DNA from: Lobosporangium transversale
Taxonomy: Eukaryota
NCBI RefSeq assembly: GCF_002105155.1
Contig: NW_019028988.1
Coordinates: 310,001-374,000 of the forward strand
Direction of reading: 5' to 3'
DNA length: 64,000 nt
Position numbers and translations under genes: made by a program. Each line of letters begins with the position of its first letter. Positions within the stretch are counted from its first letter, which is position 1. Under the pieces are notes generated by a model, which was not told the DNA's origin, made no database searches, and worked only from the letters and a program-made list of their open reading frames with translations. Shown piece by piece: positions 1 through 14,608 of the stretch.

Positions 1-385
1 ACTATGGATAGCGGATAATTTGTCGTGTTGCGCAACAGGCCACGTCGGGAAGGTGGACTTTGAGTACCAACCATGGCGGTCAGGGTTTATGAAATCATGG
101 ATATAGCGGCTCTTGCCGTTTGTGCAGTAATAGCTGTTTATTGACTATAGTTTCTGGAGCATTTTGTTCATAGAGTGTAGAAAATAAATCCCATGACCCT
201 GAGGGTCCTTGTTATCAAAAAAAAAGAAAAAAAAAAAAGCCCAGATTTTACTCAATACTGACGTGGTTTATGAACAGGATGCTGTACTATGGCCTTTCTT
301 GTTCTTAGTGGGGTCGAAATGAATGCAAAAAAGACGCAGGTGCTAGCATTAAACAGCAAGCTCAACGACAACAATAATCTTCATT

Positions 386-1400
386 TTGGTACACGGGCAG
401 AAGAAATCTGCCCGTTGGGCAAAGTTGTGGAAAGATCCACAAGATAGGAAAATGTTACAACTTCGTGGCCGTTTAGAAAGAGGAAAGAGGGAGCAATGGT
501 TGCTAAGAGAAATGGACAAGAGAGGAAAAAAGAAGCGGAGAGAAGGAGAGTGTAGCGACGTGAACAGTGGGTGCAAGTCAAGCAAGAAGCCGCACACTCG
601 AAGGTTATCGAAAGAGCTCGCCGACAAGGGCGCCTACGGTTACAGGTTAGGTTTCAAAGGCTCGACAAACAAGGAAGAAGAGAACAGTTACGACGAGCGG
701 CTTTCAACCGAGCAAGATGTAGAGTACAAGAGCGAAATAAGATACGTGGACACCCCGAGCTCAATGAACAAGCCCTCGATAGGAGGCTCAGGACGAAAGC
801 GCAAAAACAGATGGACTCCTCAAGAACAAGGAATAATAAGATCCCAGAGGATCACCATCGTTGGTATGGCTTCTCTAAGTGCCTAGGTGTAGAGATCTCA
901 CGGGTTGGCATGGACAATATACTGCGTCAAAGAGGAAACCATCAACGATGAGGCAGCTGACACTTTACTCAGATGGGTCCCTTGAAGAGGCAGGAAGAAG
1001 GGCAGCGCGGATGGCTTATGGAGTGGTGGCTCAGACAGGCCCAGAAAGCTTCACAAATGTAGTTTCAGGTAGAGTCGATGGGCGCGCTTCATCCACTAAG
1101 GCAGAGCTAGTAGGACTGTACGCAGCCATCCTAGTCAGACCTCGTAACGTTCCAACGACTGTCTACATAGAGAACATGGTGGTAATGCTTCAGTTCAAGG
1201 ACCTTGCTCAAAAGCGAGAAACAAGCACTGAACGGCAGCGATTGCGATCCAAGTACGCAGTGTGATGGGCGGCAATCTCGAGAGCGTTCTTTAAGCAGGG
1301 CGGGAAGGTAACTGTGAAATGGGTCAAGGACCATGCTGGAAATAGAAGTAATATAAGGGCAGACCAAGCCGTCAAGGATGCCTATTTTGGCGAAATGTAG
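386..1400 (+). mobile_element. Degenerate non-LTR retrotransposon (LINE-like) remnant with RNase H domain
   Basis: ORF 879-1265 has RNase H motifs LYSDGS and SSTKAELVGL. Reading through the TGA at 1263-1265 gives WAAI...VTVKWVKDHAGNRSNIRADQA, the H...N..AD end of RNase H. Upstream frames are broken. Confidence 0.75.
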
Positions 1401-1791
1401 ACAATCAAAGGACGGGACTGAAATGTGGAACAGACGCTGCAAAGTCACCGTCAACTGGGAAAGAGGCAATGGTATCGCCTTTGTAAGCAAATGTGCCAGG
1501 GGACGCAACTGTGTTGGAAGGCACACACGTAGCAGAAGTGAATTCTTTGGCTCTCACCAGGGACAACGACGAACAGCAGACGCGAAGGCGATCAGGACTG
1601 ATGCAGATCAGCAGATGACGGCTAGCTACCGATAGCAGGTGGTGAAAAGCTTTTGATAGATAGATAATGAGCAGTAGGAAAGTAAGTGAGGATCAGATGT
1701 GGGTCCACACACCACGCCCATAGGGCATTTATTCATTTTCTGGTGCAAGGAGCATGCACCAGGCAGCTACGTATCCAGCATTTTTAACCAG

Positions 1792-1822
<31 letters not shown>

Positions 1823-2689
1823 CGCTTAGTGGCACCAAAATGTAAAATTAACCGCATCGCCACCGGTTGGCCAGTTATCGCCGGTTTTAATCAATTTTTG
1901 GGCAGTGCACCAAAACTATTTTTTTTTAATCATGGTCATTTACTAATTAAAATCACTGCTGGCACCATATTAAGCTTAAAAGTCTATCAAAAAAAGTCGT
2001 CGTAGACCCATGACACCAAATATGTACATGTGTTTACAAGGCATTCTATGCCTGCCATGGTTAGGACGTGAACAAGACAAAAGGGTGGTGCTGCTTATGT
2101 CCATAGCAATAAAGTAACTCTCTTTTTAGTGTAGAAAACGATTTGGTTACCAACTGAAGGAATAGCAATCGTTAGAATATCGCTTGTAAAGTCTAGTCCA
2201 GTTTATATTATACATGTCTTTCTCTCAGCCGGGTTCTCTCAAACGCAGGCTTTGCAGCATCTAAATTAGGTGCCAAAGCCTTGGCCTTTCTATCCATTTC
2301 CGTATTGTGAGAGAGCTATAGATCGTACGCCTTCTTTGGCATGAAGGGGCTGCACTCTCAAAGGTACCTTTTAGAAAACCAAATACATAACCGGTTGTCA
2401 CGACCTTTTTGTTTCCCAGAACAAGCTTCTCCAAAGCCCTGAATCACATCAAGCAGGCTAGAATAATTTGATCTGTTAAAGTTTTTACTAAGGATCACAA
2501 GAGACACATCTTTCTTTCACTCTTGAGAGATACGTACTGTGCTCGAAGCGTACATTGTCACAGTAGACCGACTACTAGTATAAAAAGAAATGCCTGACTA
2601 TTACACACATAATTGCCAGACTATAAATACAACACACCTTATAATTTAATAAAATTCTTTTTTCTCTCTTCTTATTACAGTCCTTCTGC

Positions 2690-3412
2690 ATTTGACTCCG
2701 TCTTGCACCATAACAGGCAGCATATTCGACGTCCATGGCAAGAAAGGAGCTCTGGCCGATGATGTGGAAGAAAGGGTACAATCCTTCGGAAATATACTTA
2801 CCGATGTTACTCTGGCGAAATTCAGGCTGGCCTGCAAGCAGGCATTTACCCTTTACTCCGATGAACAAACACGATACCAATCGACATCGACAACGGGGTT
2901 GTTGGAAAGAGACTTTCCTCAGCCGCCTCGAAGGACTGCTCAGTAATCTGCCTTGATGGTACCGATGTGTTTGAGAAACACGCAGCTCGTGCGGCGTGAA
3001 GCGTCAAGACAGAGCAAGCCGAGGCTGCTGCGGCAGTGACTCTAGATATCTTTAAGGGCCGTGTTGCAGCGAACGGCAACAAAAGAGCAGCATGTTACAG
3101 CGAGGGAAAACGTAGAAAAGGCGCCCCGGTTTCCTCTTCAAGCACACACCTCGCTAGTAGGATATCTATGGCAATAAGAGTACAATGACTGTAGTGCTTA
3201 AAGTAGAAGTGGACGTTCAGATTGAAGGCGACTGCAGTCCTGATGACGTAGCCCTCACTACCGACAGTGATGCTCTCACCTATGTCAACATTGAAAAGGT
3301 CTGGGAACACGATGGCTGGGAGCGTGATTGCGATTGCGTAATCTGGATCGCCATTGTGCGGTACCTATTATTGAAGAAGCCGATGAACGAGTTACAAGGT
3401 ATTTGCGGCTAA
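2690..3412 (+). pseudogene. Degenerate XPG/FEN1 (PIN-like) nuclease fragment, probably repeat-derived
   Basis: Broken frames give DGTDVFEKHAARAA*...AEAAAAVTLDIFKGRV (DG..EK motif) and EVDVQIEGDCSPDDVALTTDSDALTY (EAD...DSD-like). Several stops and frameshifts. Confidence 0.45.
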
Positions 3413-3453
3413 TCATTATGGATATATTTTGTACCGTTATGCATTTTATTATA

Positions 3454-3750
3454 TTAAATTCTCTTGGAAGCAACAAAGTTGTGAGGATGAAATTTTCGCA
3501 GTCTCCACCAGTACTGTCCGCACGATCCCCACCACAATGCTGTTACACGTCCTTCCGAGTTTTGATACCAACTCTGACAGGTGGAAGACCAGACCTTTGC
3601 CTGCATCCTTTTGTCAAGCTCTGTCATGAATTCTTGGCATGCTTTAGGAGTAACTTCGATAGCGGAAAGGTTGTTTGCCATCATGTAGGACATGGCCTTG
3701 ATGGCATAATCAACCTGTGTCTCGATCATAAAAAGAACGGAGTTGTGTCC

Positions 3751-3794
<44 letters not shown>

Positions 3795-5366
3795 AGTTAA
3801 TAGAAATTCAAACTTTTCTTAATTTAAAAGAAACGGAACAAAAATTCTGCTCATCATACCAAGACCAGTGTTGGGGCCAAGCAAAAAGAACATGTTAGGA
3901 GTCTCTGGAGAGGTTATGCCATAGTACGTTGAAGGGTTCTTGCCCCATCTCTTCTCCAGATCAACTCCATTCTTGCCGAACAGGTACTTTGGCGGGATCA
4001 TCTCCTGAGCTTTGAAACCCGTAGCTAGGACTAAAGCATCAACTTCCTGTACTGAACCGTCCTTTAATGTCAAAGTATTACCCTTGACAGTTTGGATAGC
4101 CTCAGTATGCACGTTGACATTCTTCTTGCACACAGCAGGGAAGTAATTGGATGCTACAACAATGCGACGACAACCCATCTCATATTTAGGTGTGAGCTTT
4201 TCACGCAGATTTTTGTCACGGACCTGCCACATGCGGAATCCCCAGGAAAGGAATGTCGTGAACAAACGAGGGAGCCTGTGGATGAGCTTGTTGCTGAATA
4301 TGTTGATTGTTAATTCGGAACCGTAGTAGTTGAGTTTGAAGTAGATAAAGTGAAAAAATGGAATATAACGGAATAGGAATTTCCACAGACTACTATATGG
4401 GCCGTTTCTGCGTGGTATGATATATGATGGTGTTCGCTGATAGTACTCCAATGTCTTGACCTTATCTACAATGGATGGGACCACCTGGATGGCACTAAAT
4501 TTTGCAAGAACAGAAGCCCATTTTAGTTATAGCATATCAATTGGAGTATTGCAGCAATAATAGTCCTATTTTATGAGACTTAGTATCATATGTATACCTT
4601 GCTCCACTTCCAACTATAGCGACACGCTTGTTAGTCAGATCGATTGAATGGTTCCATTGAGCAGTGTGCCACTTAGGCCCTTCAAAGTCATCAAATTGCT
4701 TTGGGATGAAAGGAATGCGCAGTGGTCCTGCTCCCGAAAATACAATGTCAGCCTCCATCACACTGCGTTCGCCTGTCGATAAATCCATATAATCCACAAT
4801 CCACTTTTGGCGGCTATTGTTCCATTCAATGCGGGTGACTTCGGTTCTGAAACGAATCTTCTCGTACAGGTTATATTTCTTTGCAACTCGTCTCATATAA
4901 GCCCAAATCTCTGCCTGATTCGCATATCTTTGCGACCACTCGTAGTTGGGCTCGAATGAGAATTGATCTGTTATGAAGGAAGTTGAAATATAGCAAAGCA
5001 TTAGCATGACTTGTGGATAGTCGTCCACAAAAAGTAAAGGAGCCGGTAATCAAGGCATATATGACGTACAGTTAATGGAAGCAACATCACAGGCAGCTCC
5101 AGGATACGTGTTGGACCACCAGGTGCCTCCTAGATCAGGTTCAAGCTCAAAAACCTGGTATGTCTCCAAGTTTAATTGCGTTTGAAGACGGATAGCAGCA
5201 CACATTCCTGAAAACCTGTTATGGATATAAAGGTTTAACAAATTTGCCCGAATATACAAGAGCGATCTTGACATATATTTAATGTAGTTTAACACGAAGC
5301 ATACCCAGCACCAATGATAGCGACGGTGGGCTTGGTTCCGTCCTTGTATGTCTTTGTGAGACCCAT
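3454..5366 (-). CDS. FAD/NAD(P)-dependent flavin monooxygenase (Baeyer-Villiger/FMO type), about 5 exons
   Basis: ATG at 5366. Spliced VAIIGAGFSG, GGTWWSNTYPGAACD, FEGPKWHTAQW fingerprint, second Rossmann VAIVGSGAS, ATGF and PNMFFLLGPN. Stop at 3454. Confidence 0.93.
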
Positions 5367-6378
5367 AGCTTAGAGGTTGTTAATACAGTAAAGAGAAAAT
5401 ATTAGGGAGAGAACTAAAGGAGAGAAAAATGAGAGAGTGGGAATGGAAATGAATGAAAGAATGCGCACCAGAAGGAGCTTGAGATTGAAAAAAAAATGGA
5501 ACTGCCTGCTCTATTTATACACCTTTTAGGTTTAGGTTAAAAGAATTGGCCCCCTTATTGTTAATTGTTTTAATGCTTGTCAAAGAATAAAGGGTTGCCG
5601 ACCGAAGATTTGGTGTGATTCATTTGGTTATGAATTCATGTCGTTCACTGGTATATGACATCGGCGTCTATTGCCGCTAGATTCTATCACTGTCATTGAG
5701 AGCTGATGATAGGAGGCATGCGTACAGTATGTTGGGAATGGTTATGTCGAAACGCGAATCTTAGGGGAGAGTGGATCGTTCGGCTCGCTCCGATTTATAG
5801 CATTGTTCCATCCTACTTGACGTGCTCTGTGTGCTCCCGATATTTTAAACAACGACCCTCTTTTAGCCAACCGCGATAGCTACTGGAACCAGCCAGGAGC
5901 ACTCCATCCGATGATTTTTCATAATTGGCATCTATGGACTCAAATCTCATTGGACAACCTGTATCCTTACCCTCTTGCCCATCATAAAGTATGTTTGAAA
6001 ACTTTGTCCAAACAGAAGGGAAAAGGTACGCCATGTCGTACATTACGCACGCATGTATGTACAATGTATATATATATTTAAATATATATCTACCTTGGAA
6101 AACCAGTTTATATTTCTATGTTACAAACGCTATATGTCCAAAGTGACAATCAGTAGCAACTTCTTTCATGAACTTTTACCAGGCTCGCTTTGGCCATCGA
6201 ATCTGCAAATGAGCATGAAACAAGGCAGCTGATACACCACGCGGCTCGGAATTGCAAATCAACTTAAATCAGCATATTGGCTTTTTCTAATTTTTTAATT
6301 TTTTATTTCCTTGCTTTATTTAAAGGCTATGACAAAATAAAACATGAAAAGGTAGTTGCAACCACCCGTAAAAACATT

Positions 6379-7316
<938 letters not shown>

Positions 7317-8562
7317 TTCTGTTACAGGGAAATAAACACAATTAGATTGATGGAATCTGGAAGTGATCGCCAAAGATCCTTGCAATTCTTTTGTCCTGAT
7401 GTCCTGTTCTTCCTGAGTTCTCAATATCAATATTTAATGAAAGGTTCTCAATAGATTGAGCGATGAGCAGCTTTGCTCGCGTCCAATTGATAGATTCTCA
7501 GTTAAAATATTCAGTAAATCAATGTGATTAATAAATCTGAATCTCAAGCTCAATATGACCAATTGTTGTAGTAGAAAAATTTGAAATAATGATTTCTTCC
7601 TGTCTAAGTGAACCACGAATGGATACACATTCATAAACTGATGGATGGATAGAGGGTGAAGTTGGATGGTTGAATTCCTTCTGCCCTGTATGAATGGATT
7701 GCAGTCCGTGCAGGGTGGTTCAATTACCGAAAATAAAAGTAAGAGGAGGAATTTGAAAGATCTTGGCTGCAAACTAATGAAATACAAAAATTTGATAAGG
7801 CCCTTAAGGCGTGAAAGTTGGCATTTTCAGACAGCTTTTATCCAACAGCCTAGGAACCAACGCTGACCATTTTTCTTGCCCTTTTTCACTCCTTACTCAT
7901 ACATGTACAGCAGCACCACAGCACCTTTAAGAATGCTATCAGACTCTTGCTTCCTTCATAGTATAGATCTCCATCAGTTTTATGCATTCTTTATAATAAT
8001 GTGTGAGCTCCATAAACATTTTTATCACCTCATAGCAATAAGAGTAAGCGATATGTCTATGATTATTTCGAATCCATTTTCTGGAGTGAAGATTTAGCCA
8101 GACAAAAAAAGCCACCACTTCGAGACAACGAGAGTATTTTTGATTCTTATGTTGCACCCTGACAGCGAACCTTTCTCTGTAACTCTTTTACCCTTAAGCC
8201 TTAACGTGTAAGTAGTCATGCGTACCACTTGCTTGGAATGAACGACTGTGCAGAGAGCAAAGGGTGTCTCACAAACATGGAAAGGAAAAAAGATCCGGCA
8301 TCCACTTTGGATTAAGTGGCACCACAGATGATTTTGTAATTGCGTTAGAGCAAGAGTTGCTGACAGTAGCCATCACTACCGAGGAACTATATGGGGAATG
8401 ACAAATTGCTTCCAAGTGTTACTGATGATGTATCATGGTTGTTTTCTCATAAACCTGATAGCCACAAGGATATCTCTTTGACGTCAATCTCACAACTTAA
8501 CACCTCTACATATTATTACAGCATTTTGGAATAAAAGCTTACTGTTCATCTCGTGGCTAGAT

Positions 8563-9879
8563 ATGGAAGAGTCAAGGAAGAGAAAGAATAACGACGAGGC
8601 ATCCCATACTAGCTACAAAAAGACATCTGTAGCGCACACAAGCAATCAGTTAAACAACATCAATAACGTTGAATCCTATGTACCGTCGCCACATGGAAGT
8701 AGTACAGCTGATAGTGAGCTAACTCATGCTAGCCAAGACAGTAGTATACCTTCAATTGGTCAGGGCACTATTTCGAATCTCTCATTGAACAATGTTTCAT
8801 CTTCTTGTAGTGCAGAGGTTGACGCTGCAAGAGCAGTCGTTATGACGACCATGGCCAATTTATTGGCCAATGCTGGAGATAGCTCCAGTTTGCTGACACA
8901 CACGAGTCAGGCAAATCAACACTTGCATGGCCAAAAACCGAATCATAATTCAGAACAGCAGGACGATATCAAGCGAGTCAATGATGAGGTTTTCAAAATG
9001 CAACAGGATCTTCGGCAACAAATCCCATCAAGCCCATCTACTGGCTCTCGATTGTCGAAAGAGCAAGTTATCGAGTCTATAACTAATGCTCCAAATATGC
9101 ATATGATGATCGAAGAGGATCTTAATGGAAATCTTCAACAGCAACAGGACCAACAACATCACCATCACCAACACCAGCAGCATCATAACCAGAGTAATAC
9201 TCATTCTGATATGGCTGTAGATGCAACAAATGTGCTCATTCATTTGAACGACCCCTCAATTTTAGCAACACTGAGACCTTCACTTAATAATGTGAACTCT
9301 CCACATCCTAGCTCAACCAGTGAAGGATCGATCGCAGGTCATTCTACAAAAAATAACGACACTACGGCTGACCAAGATATCAGAGCTAAACCAGTAAACG
9401 GCGCTCCATCCGATAACGCGAATAGCCACACACATATAGATCCAGGCGCTGTTACAAGCACAAATCCATTACATACTAAATGGCTTATGGCTACCGCCCT
9501 GAAAGAGAAAGGTAGGGATTGTCATTGAAGGTATATATGCAATTGTTTAGTTTTATGAGCTTTCACGAGGAGGGATTTTTACCGACTTTGTTTTCTACCT
9601 TATCGGATTCATGATAGGTATTGCATACAAAACAGGGACTTTTAGTTCTCATGAGGATGAGCTGATTCGACAGACCATTAAGGATTATGTGGCTCGCAAC
9701 AACATGCCTGAAGATGCCATCCAGCGTTGGTTCCAAAATGGGAACGGTCGTGGGCGATTTGAGAAGAATGATCTCAAAGCCTTGTGGGTTGAAATCGGTA
9801 AGAATATTGAATTGAATACTTCATTGACTATAATATAATTTTCTCTTCAAAATGTGGTTTGGTATTACTCGTCTTAAAA

Positions 9880-9910
<31 letters not shown>

Positions 9911-12105
9911 GCATGCCCTTTTCGGGCAAAATAGCCGTTCGACTGCAGAACCGACCACTTCTAAACATTTATCTTCATGTGCGACGCATGTTCCACCCTC
10001 AAAATAATGTTGGCGCTTGGAGCAAAGAGGACGATCAGAAACTTATTATGTTGTATGCAAAGCACAAAGGACAATGGACAACTATCGGTACAGAGCTTGG
10101 GCGAATGGCCGACAGCTGCCGTGATCGTTATCGTAACCATCTTAAGGACCAGAGCACAATGGTAACAGGAGCATGGCAGCCTCATGAGGATGAAAAGCTA
10201 TTATCGATCATGCAAGAGCTGGCTCTGGAGCAAGGGAAAGCAAATATTTTGGATTCGAGTCCGATGTGGACTTTGATCTCGGAGCGGATGCAAGGTACAA
10301 GGACTCGACATCAATGTCGCCACCGATATTCTCAGACTTTACAGCCTCGATTAGAACGGGGTGAATGGACGGCACCTAGTTCCGTTGCTGCAGCAGCTGC
10401 AGCAGCTGTAGCAGCGAATGCAGCTGTAGCAGCTAATGCGGCTGTGGCGGCCACTGCAGCATCAACCACGGGTACAGCGAAACAGACATCATCAAAGAAG
10501 CATAAACAGCAGCAACAGCAGCAACAGCAGCAACAAGAACAAACAGTCCATGTAGATGACAATTTGGAACTCAGCCTAAGCTCTAGTAGTAACCATGGTA
10601 AGACGGCAGCTGCACAAGATGTCCTTAGGTTGGCTGCAGCGCTACAGAGCGTGCTCCCAGCAGAAAGTAACAGCAATATGCTCTGGACACAACCCATGTC
10701 TACAACAACCATGCCAACCACAGATCAAACGAATCATCATGGGGCTGGGGAGGACCATTTGTCCACCGATGTACATAGTGCTGAGCACGACCCGTTTGGA
10801 TCTGCAGCATTCAATCCGTCTCTTCCTCTTCCATCGTTCGTACCCAAGGCACCCAAGGGACCGATTCGACGCCGCAGTGGACTGCAACAGCAGCTAGACT
10901 CGCTCAAAATGATTCAAGAAGATGGTTATACAGACCACACGGATATAAAATGGGCGGATATTGCTCAAAGACTGCGTGATAGAGTTGAAGAAGCGAATGC
11001 AATTCAGCTTGCCAAAATCATCCAATCCCATGACCGACTTGATTCCAAGAAGCAACAGCATCTCCAGGACAATAATGTTTCTGCTGCAGCTGCAGCTGCA
11101 GCTGCCTCAGCGGCCATGGCGGCAGCCGTTTCTGCTGCTCAAGCAGAAGCTGTAGCAAGTCTGCAGCGTGTACCAGCAGCGAACCAAATTGCGCGCACGT
11201 TTATGTCCTCGCGTTGTAAAATTGAAGGATACAAGGAGATGACACTACAGCAAGTGATTGTGCACATGATGAAGGATGTTGAGCGCAGAATACAGCAAAG
11301 ACGAGGTGGCTCCACTAATACTCAATCGACTGTTGGAACTCCTAATGAAACATCGAATGGTTTAATCTCAAAACCATCTCGCTCGAGCGTTCGATCTAGC
11401 GCTTCCATTCAGCAGCAAGAAATCAACGATGCCGCACAACAGGCAGCTATTGCTGCTCTCTCGGCTCAGTTCCCATACCTCCAACATCATCAGCAACATC
11501 AGCACCAACAGCAACAGCACCAGCAACAACAGCACCAGCAGCACCAGCAGCAGCAACATCAGCAGCAGTCAACTTTAGCGCAGGCGCTATCAAACTCTGC
11601 CACCACCCAACACACTTTGAATCCCCACGCATCCCAGGAAGCAGGTCATTTAGCAAGAGAGGGCCAGAATCACACACCAACACTTGATCTATCTTCAACA
11701 GAGTTATCTTTATCTTCTGGCCAACATAGCATGGCTTTGCACACACAGTCGCTACACGAGCTCTCCGTCGAACAACAGGCACAACACCAACAGGAGCTTG
11801 AGCAACAACAGCACAACCGAGATCTAGCTGAACAGATGTTGCACTTAGCGTTTTCAGCTTCAGACATGAGTAATATGTTCGATTCTATTGGAGCGCTCTC
11901 ATCATCCATTGCAGCCAGCTCGCCTTCTTCTGCAGATATGTTTTTGATAGACATGGCCTTGAAGCAAAAACAGGCTACACGGCGAGTGCTCGATGCATTG
12001 AACTCTGTTGAAAATAGCTTTGGTACCAATAATGATTTTATTCCCGACTCTAGTGACGATGAAGACAAGGAGGGCGGGCTTGAAAGCCTCGGAATTATTG
12101 AGTAG
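8563..12105 (+). CDS. Myb-repeat DNA-binding protein, Reb1/TTF1/DMTF1-like, 3 exons, Q/A-rich tails
   Basis: GTFSSHEDELI..., GAWSKEDDQKL...WTTIGTELGRMADSCRDRYRNHL, GAWQPHEDEKL...WTLISERMQGTRTRHQCRHRY. Introns about 9512-9618 and 9798-9934. Confidence 0.88.
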
Positions 12106-12255
12106 TATTAATATTAAATCAAATTTTTATGGAAAGTAGAAAATATATCTGGCTTTTTTATATATTTTATATTTATTTATTTTAACATTTGGAAGAGCCA
12201 ATAAATTTCTCATTAAATTATAAAATTATGCATCCTGTAACGACCCTGTGACCCA

Positions 12256-14577
12256 TCATGCAAGATACCGTGGTACAGAGTCTTTAAACGGCCGGATAGG
12301 TCATGAGTTCTCCAAGTCTAACGCGTACCAGAGACATTCCTTGGCACGCGTCAGACGGTCAGATGCCTCCATCACTCTTCCAAGGTAGAGCCAGGCCTCT
12401 GCACAGTCCCATCCATGGCTCTTAGTGGTAGTTTCTAGAACATATTCAGCCATATCCAGCGAGCCTGCATCTAGATATGAACGTCCCACGCGAGCCAAAC
12501 AAGCTGAATGGTATGGCGATATGGCTAATGCCTTCGAGAATGAAACGGATGCCGTTTCCGGATCACCTTGAGCGGCATATAAAAGACCTAGCTAAGATAT
12601 GGGGTTACGCTAATTAGTTTAAAAATATTTGCGTTATGCTTGGTGGATTAAAGATAGAAATAAAAAGGGCTCTTACTTGATACCAGACGTCAGGATTAGA
12701 GCTATCGACACGCTCCGCTTCTTCAATGGCTTTCAGCGCGTCCTCCATCCTTCCAAGCCGTCTAAAAATCGAAGCAGACAAGAGCCAGAGGGTGACCAGT
12801 ACCGTGTTAGCTCTCGCTATCCGCATGATTGACTTTGTTGTAGGGCGTTGAGCGACTGAAGGAAGGCTTAATGCAGATTTAATGAGAGTGCTCTGAGCCG
12901 ATGTAGCTGACGGTGGGATACGACGATCTTTTGAGGTGGTTGAGCCGATAGATGCGATCGACGGGGTATAGCTCGGCTTAGGAACATCTAAGCAATTATA
13001 AAGACGAGGCATTATGTTCAATAAGCATTACCAGGTATTGAGTTCTGTATCTTATAAAGATGAAATGTAGCCGAGAGTGCTGACTTTGGCACTGCCATTT
13101 GAAGTCATTGCAATGTCAGATTCGCCGTTCTTGCCTCTGATGCTTAAGATACTGCCTGCATGAAGACGTCCCACTATTGTTGATCCTGTAGATACATCAA
13201 GTTCGCTCTGATCGCGACGTTGAATGCTGTTAACACCGTAAAGACTCTCTGCAGTAGGTTCGGGTTCAATAGCAAATACCTTGCTGTACAAGACAAACAA
13301 GGCTTCATGTGGCTCTAGAGCAGCCTCAGGGCCATGCACCTTGTCATGAAGGAGTGCCTGAGTGATGCAAAAGGATAGGTACTCCTCACCATCCAGTCCA
13401 GATGCTGAATATCCATCTGCCTGTGTGATATCCCATTCGGATTCCTTCAACCCAACCGCACAGATATTCAAGGCGCGTTCATAATCCTTCTGCGAAGAGA
13501 GAAGTAGTGCAAGAAGATGCCAAGAAGGGATATATGAAGGATTGATACTCAGACTCTGCTTTGCAGTCATAGTTGCCTTGGGAATGTCACGCATCTCTGC
13601 CAACTGAAGCGCAAGCAAGTAATGACCATCAAATGCTGCAGGCAAAATTTGGATTGATTTCGCCAGCGACTCTATAGCCTTGGCGTAAAAATCGGAACGC
13701 TTTTCGGGTTCATGTTCTATATTATAATAACGAGACCGAGGTTGATAACGGTGAGTGATATTAAGGAAAATGGTTTTCTGAAATTTGGTAGGGGTCAAGA
13801 CGGAAAATATTTACCGCTTGAGGCTAAGAGGCCGTAAGCAATCCCTTGATATTTGTACGCACTGTTGAGAAGCTCTGAAGTGGACTCGTGGCTTTGCAAA
13901 TATTTATGAACATTGTCTAGAGCATTACTAGCACAAGTAAGGGCTTCTGTTGGCTTATTAAGCTCTTTCCCATAGAGGACAGAGCCAGCGATCATGACAG
14001 TAGTGATTTCATACTGTGATTCAACATCCAGCCGGACGCGCTGCTCGTAGGATAGGGTCTCGTTAGCAGCTGCGTTTTTGACTTTGAGATTGAGCTCTGC
14101 CATCTCCATATATGACTTGAGCGCAAGCTCGGCTTCATCATATTGCCCCATCTCAATCAGGGCAAAGAACAATAAGCGTAAGATCCGAGGAGACTGGAAA
14201 GTCTTTTGCGAGGCGCGGTAAATCGTCTACTTCAAATAAAGTAGGAAAGTGATTACATATAAATCTCTGCTACCAAAAAGACAAAGAGCGCTTAATTGCA
14301 TTCGGTTTGCTCCGCGTTACCTCGACTAAAGCCCGTTTGTCAGCCTCACTGCTGGATCCCAAAACTTTGTGATCCTCCATAATCTGTTCAATCATAACCA
14401 GTACTCGCCAATTCTTTTGATCAGCTCTTGGGAAGGCTGTTATCGCGTATAGAGAGTCCTCCCAGCTGGCATGGATTTGCGCCACCTCTAAACATAATGC
14501 GGTGGGATGCAACTGCAGATGCTCACTTCAACCCATTGAAAAAAAGAAATAAAAACACAAGTGTTTTAGAGCCTGTA

Positions 14578-14608
<31 letters not shown>

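Noticed and set aside
1263..1265. In-frame TGA in the RNase H remnant as evidence of a variant genetic code
   Set aside because: It lies in a decayed retroelement with other lesions, and TGA is the normal stop for several intact genes here.
8040..8090. TTCGAATCC, like a tRNA T-loop
   Set aside because: No acceptor, D or anticodon stems can be formed.
12229..12262. SECIS-like ATGA...GA hairpin downstream of the YPP1 internal TGA
   Set aside because: Only about 19 nt lie between the core motifs, with no proper upper helix or apical AA, and the TGA position is not a Cys site. Selenocysteine is unsupported.
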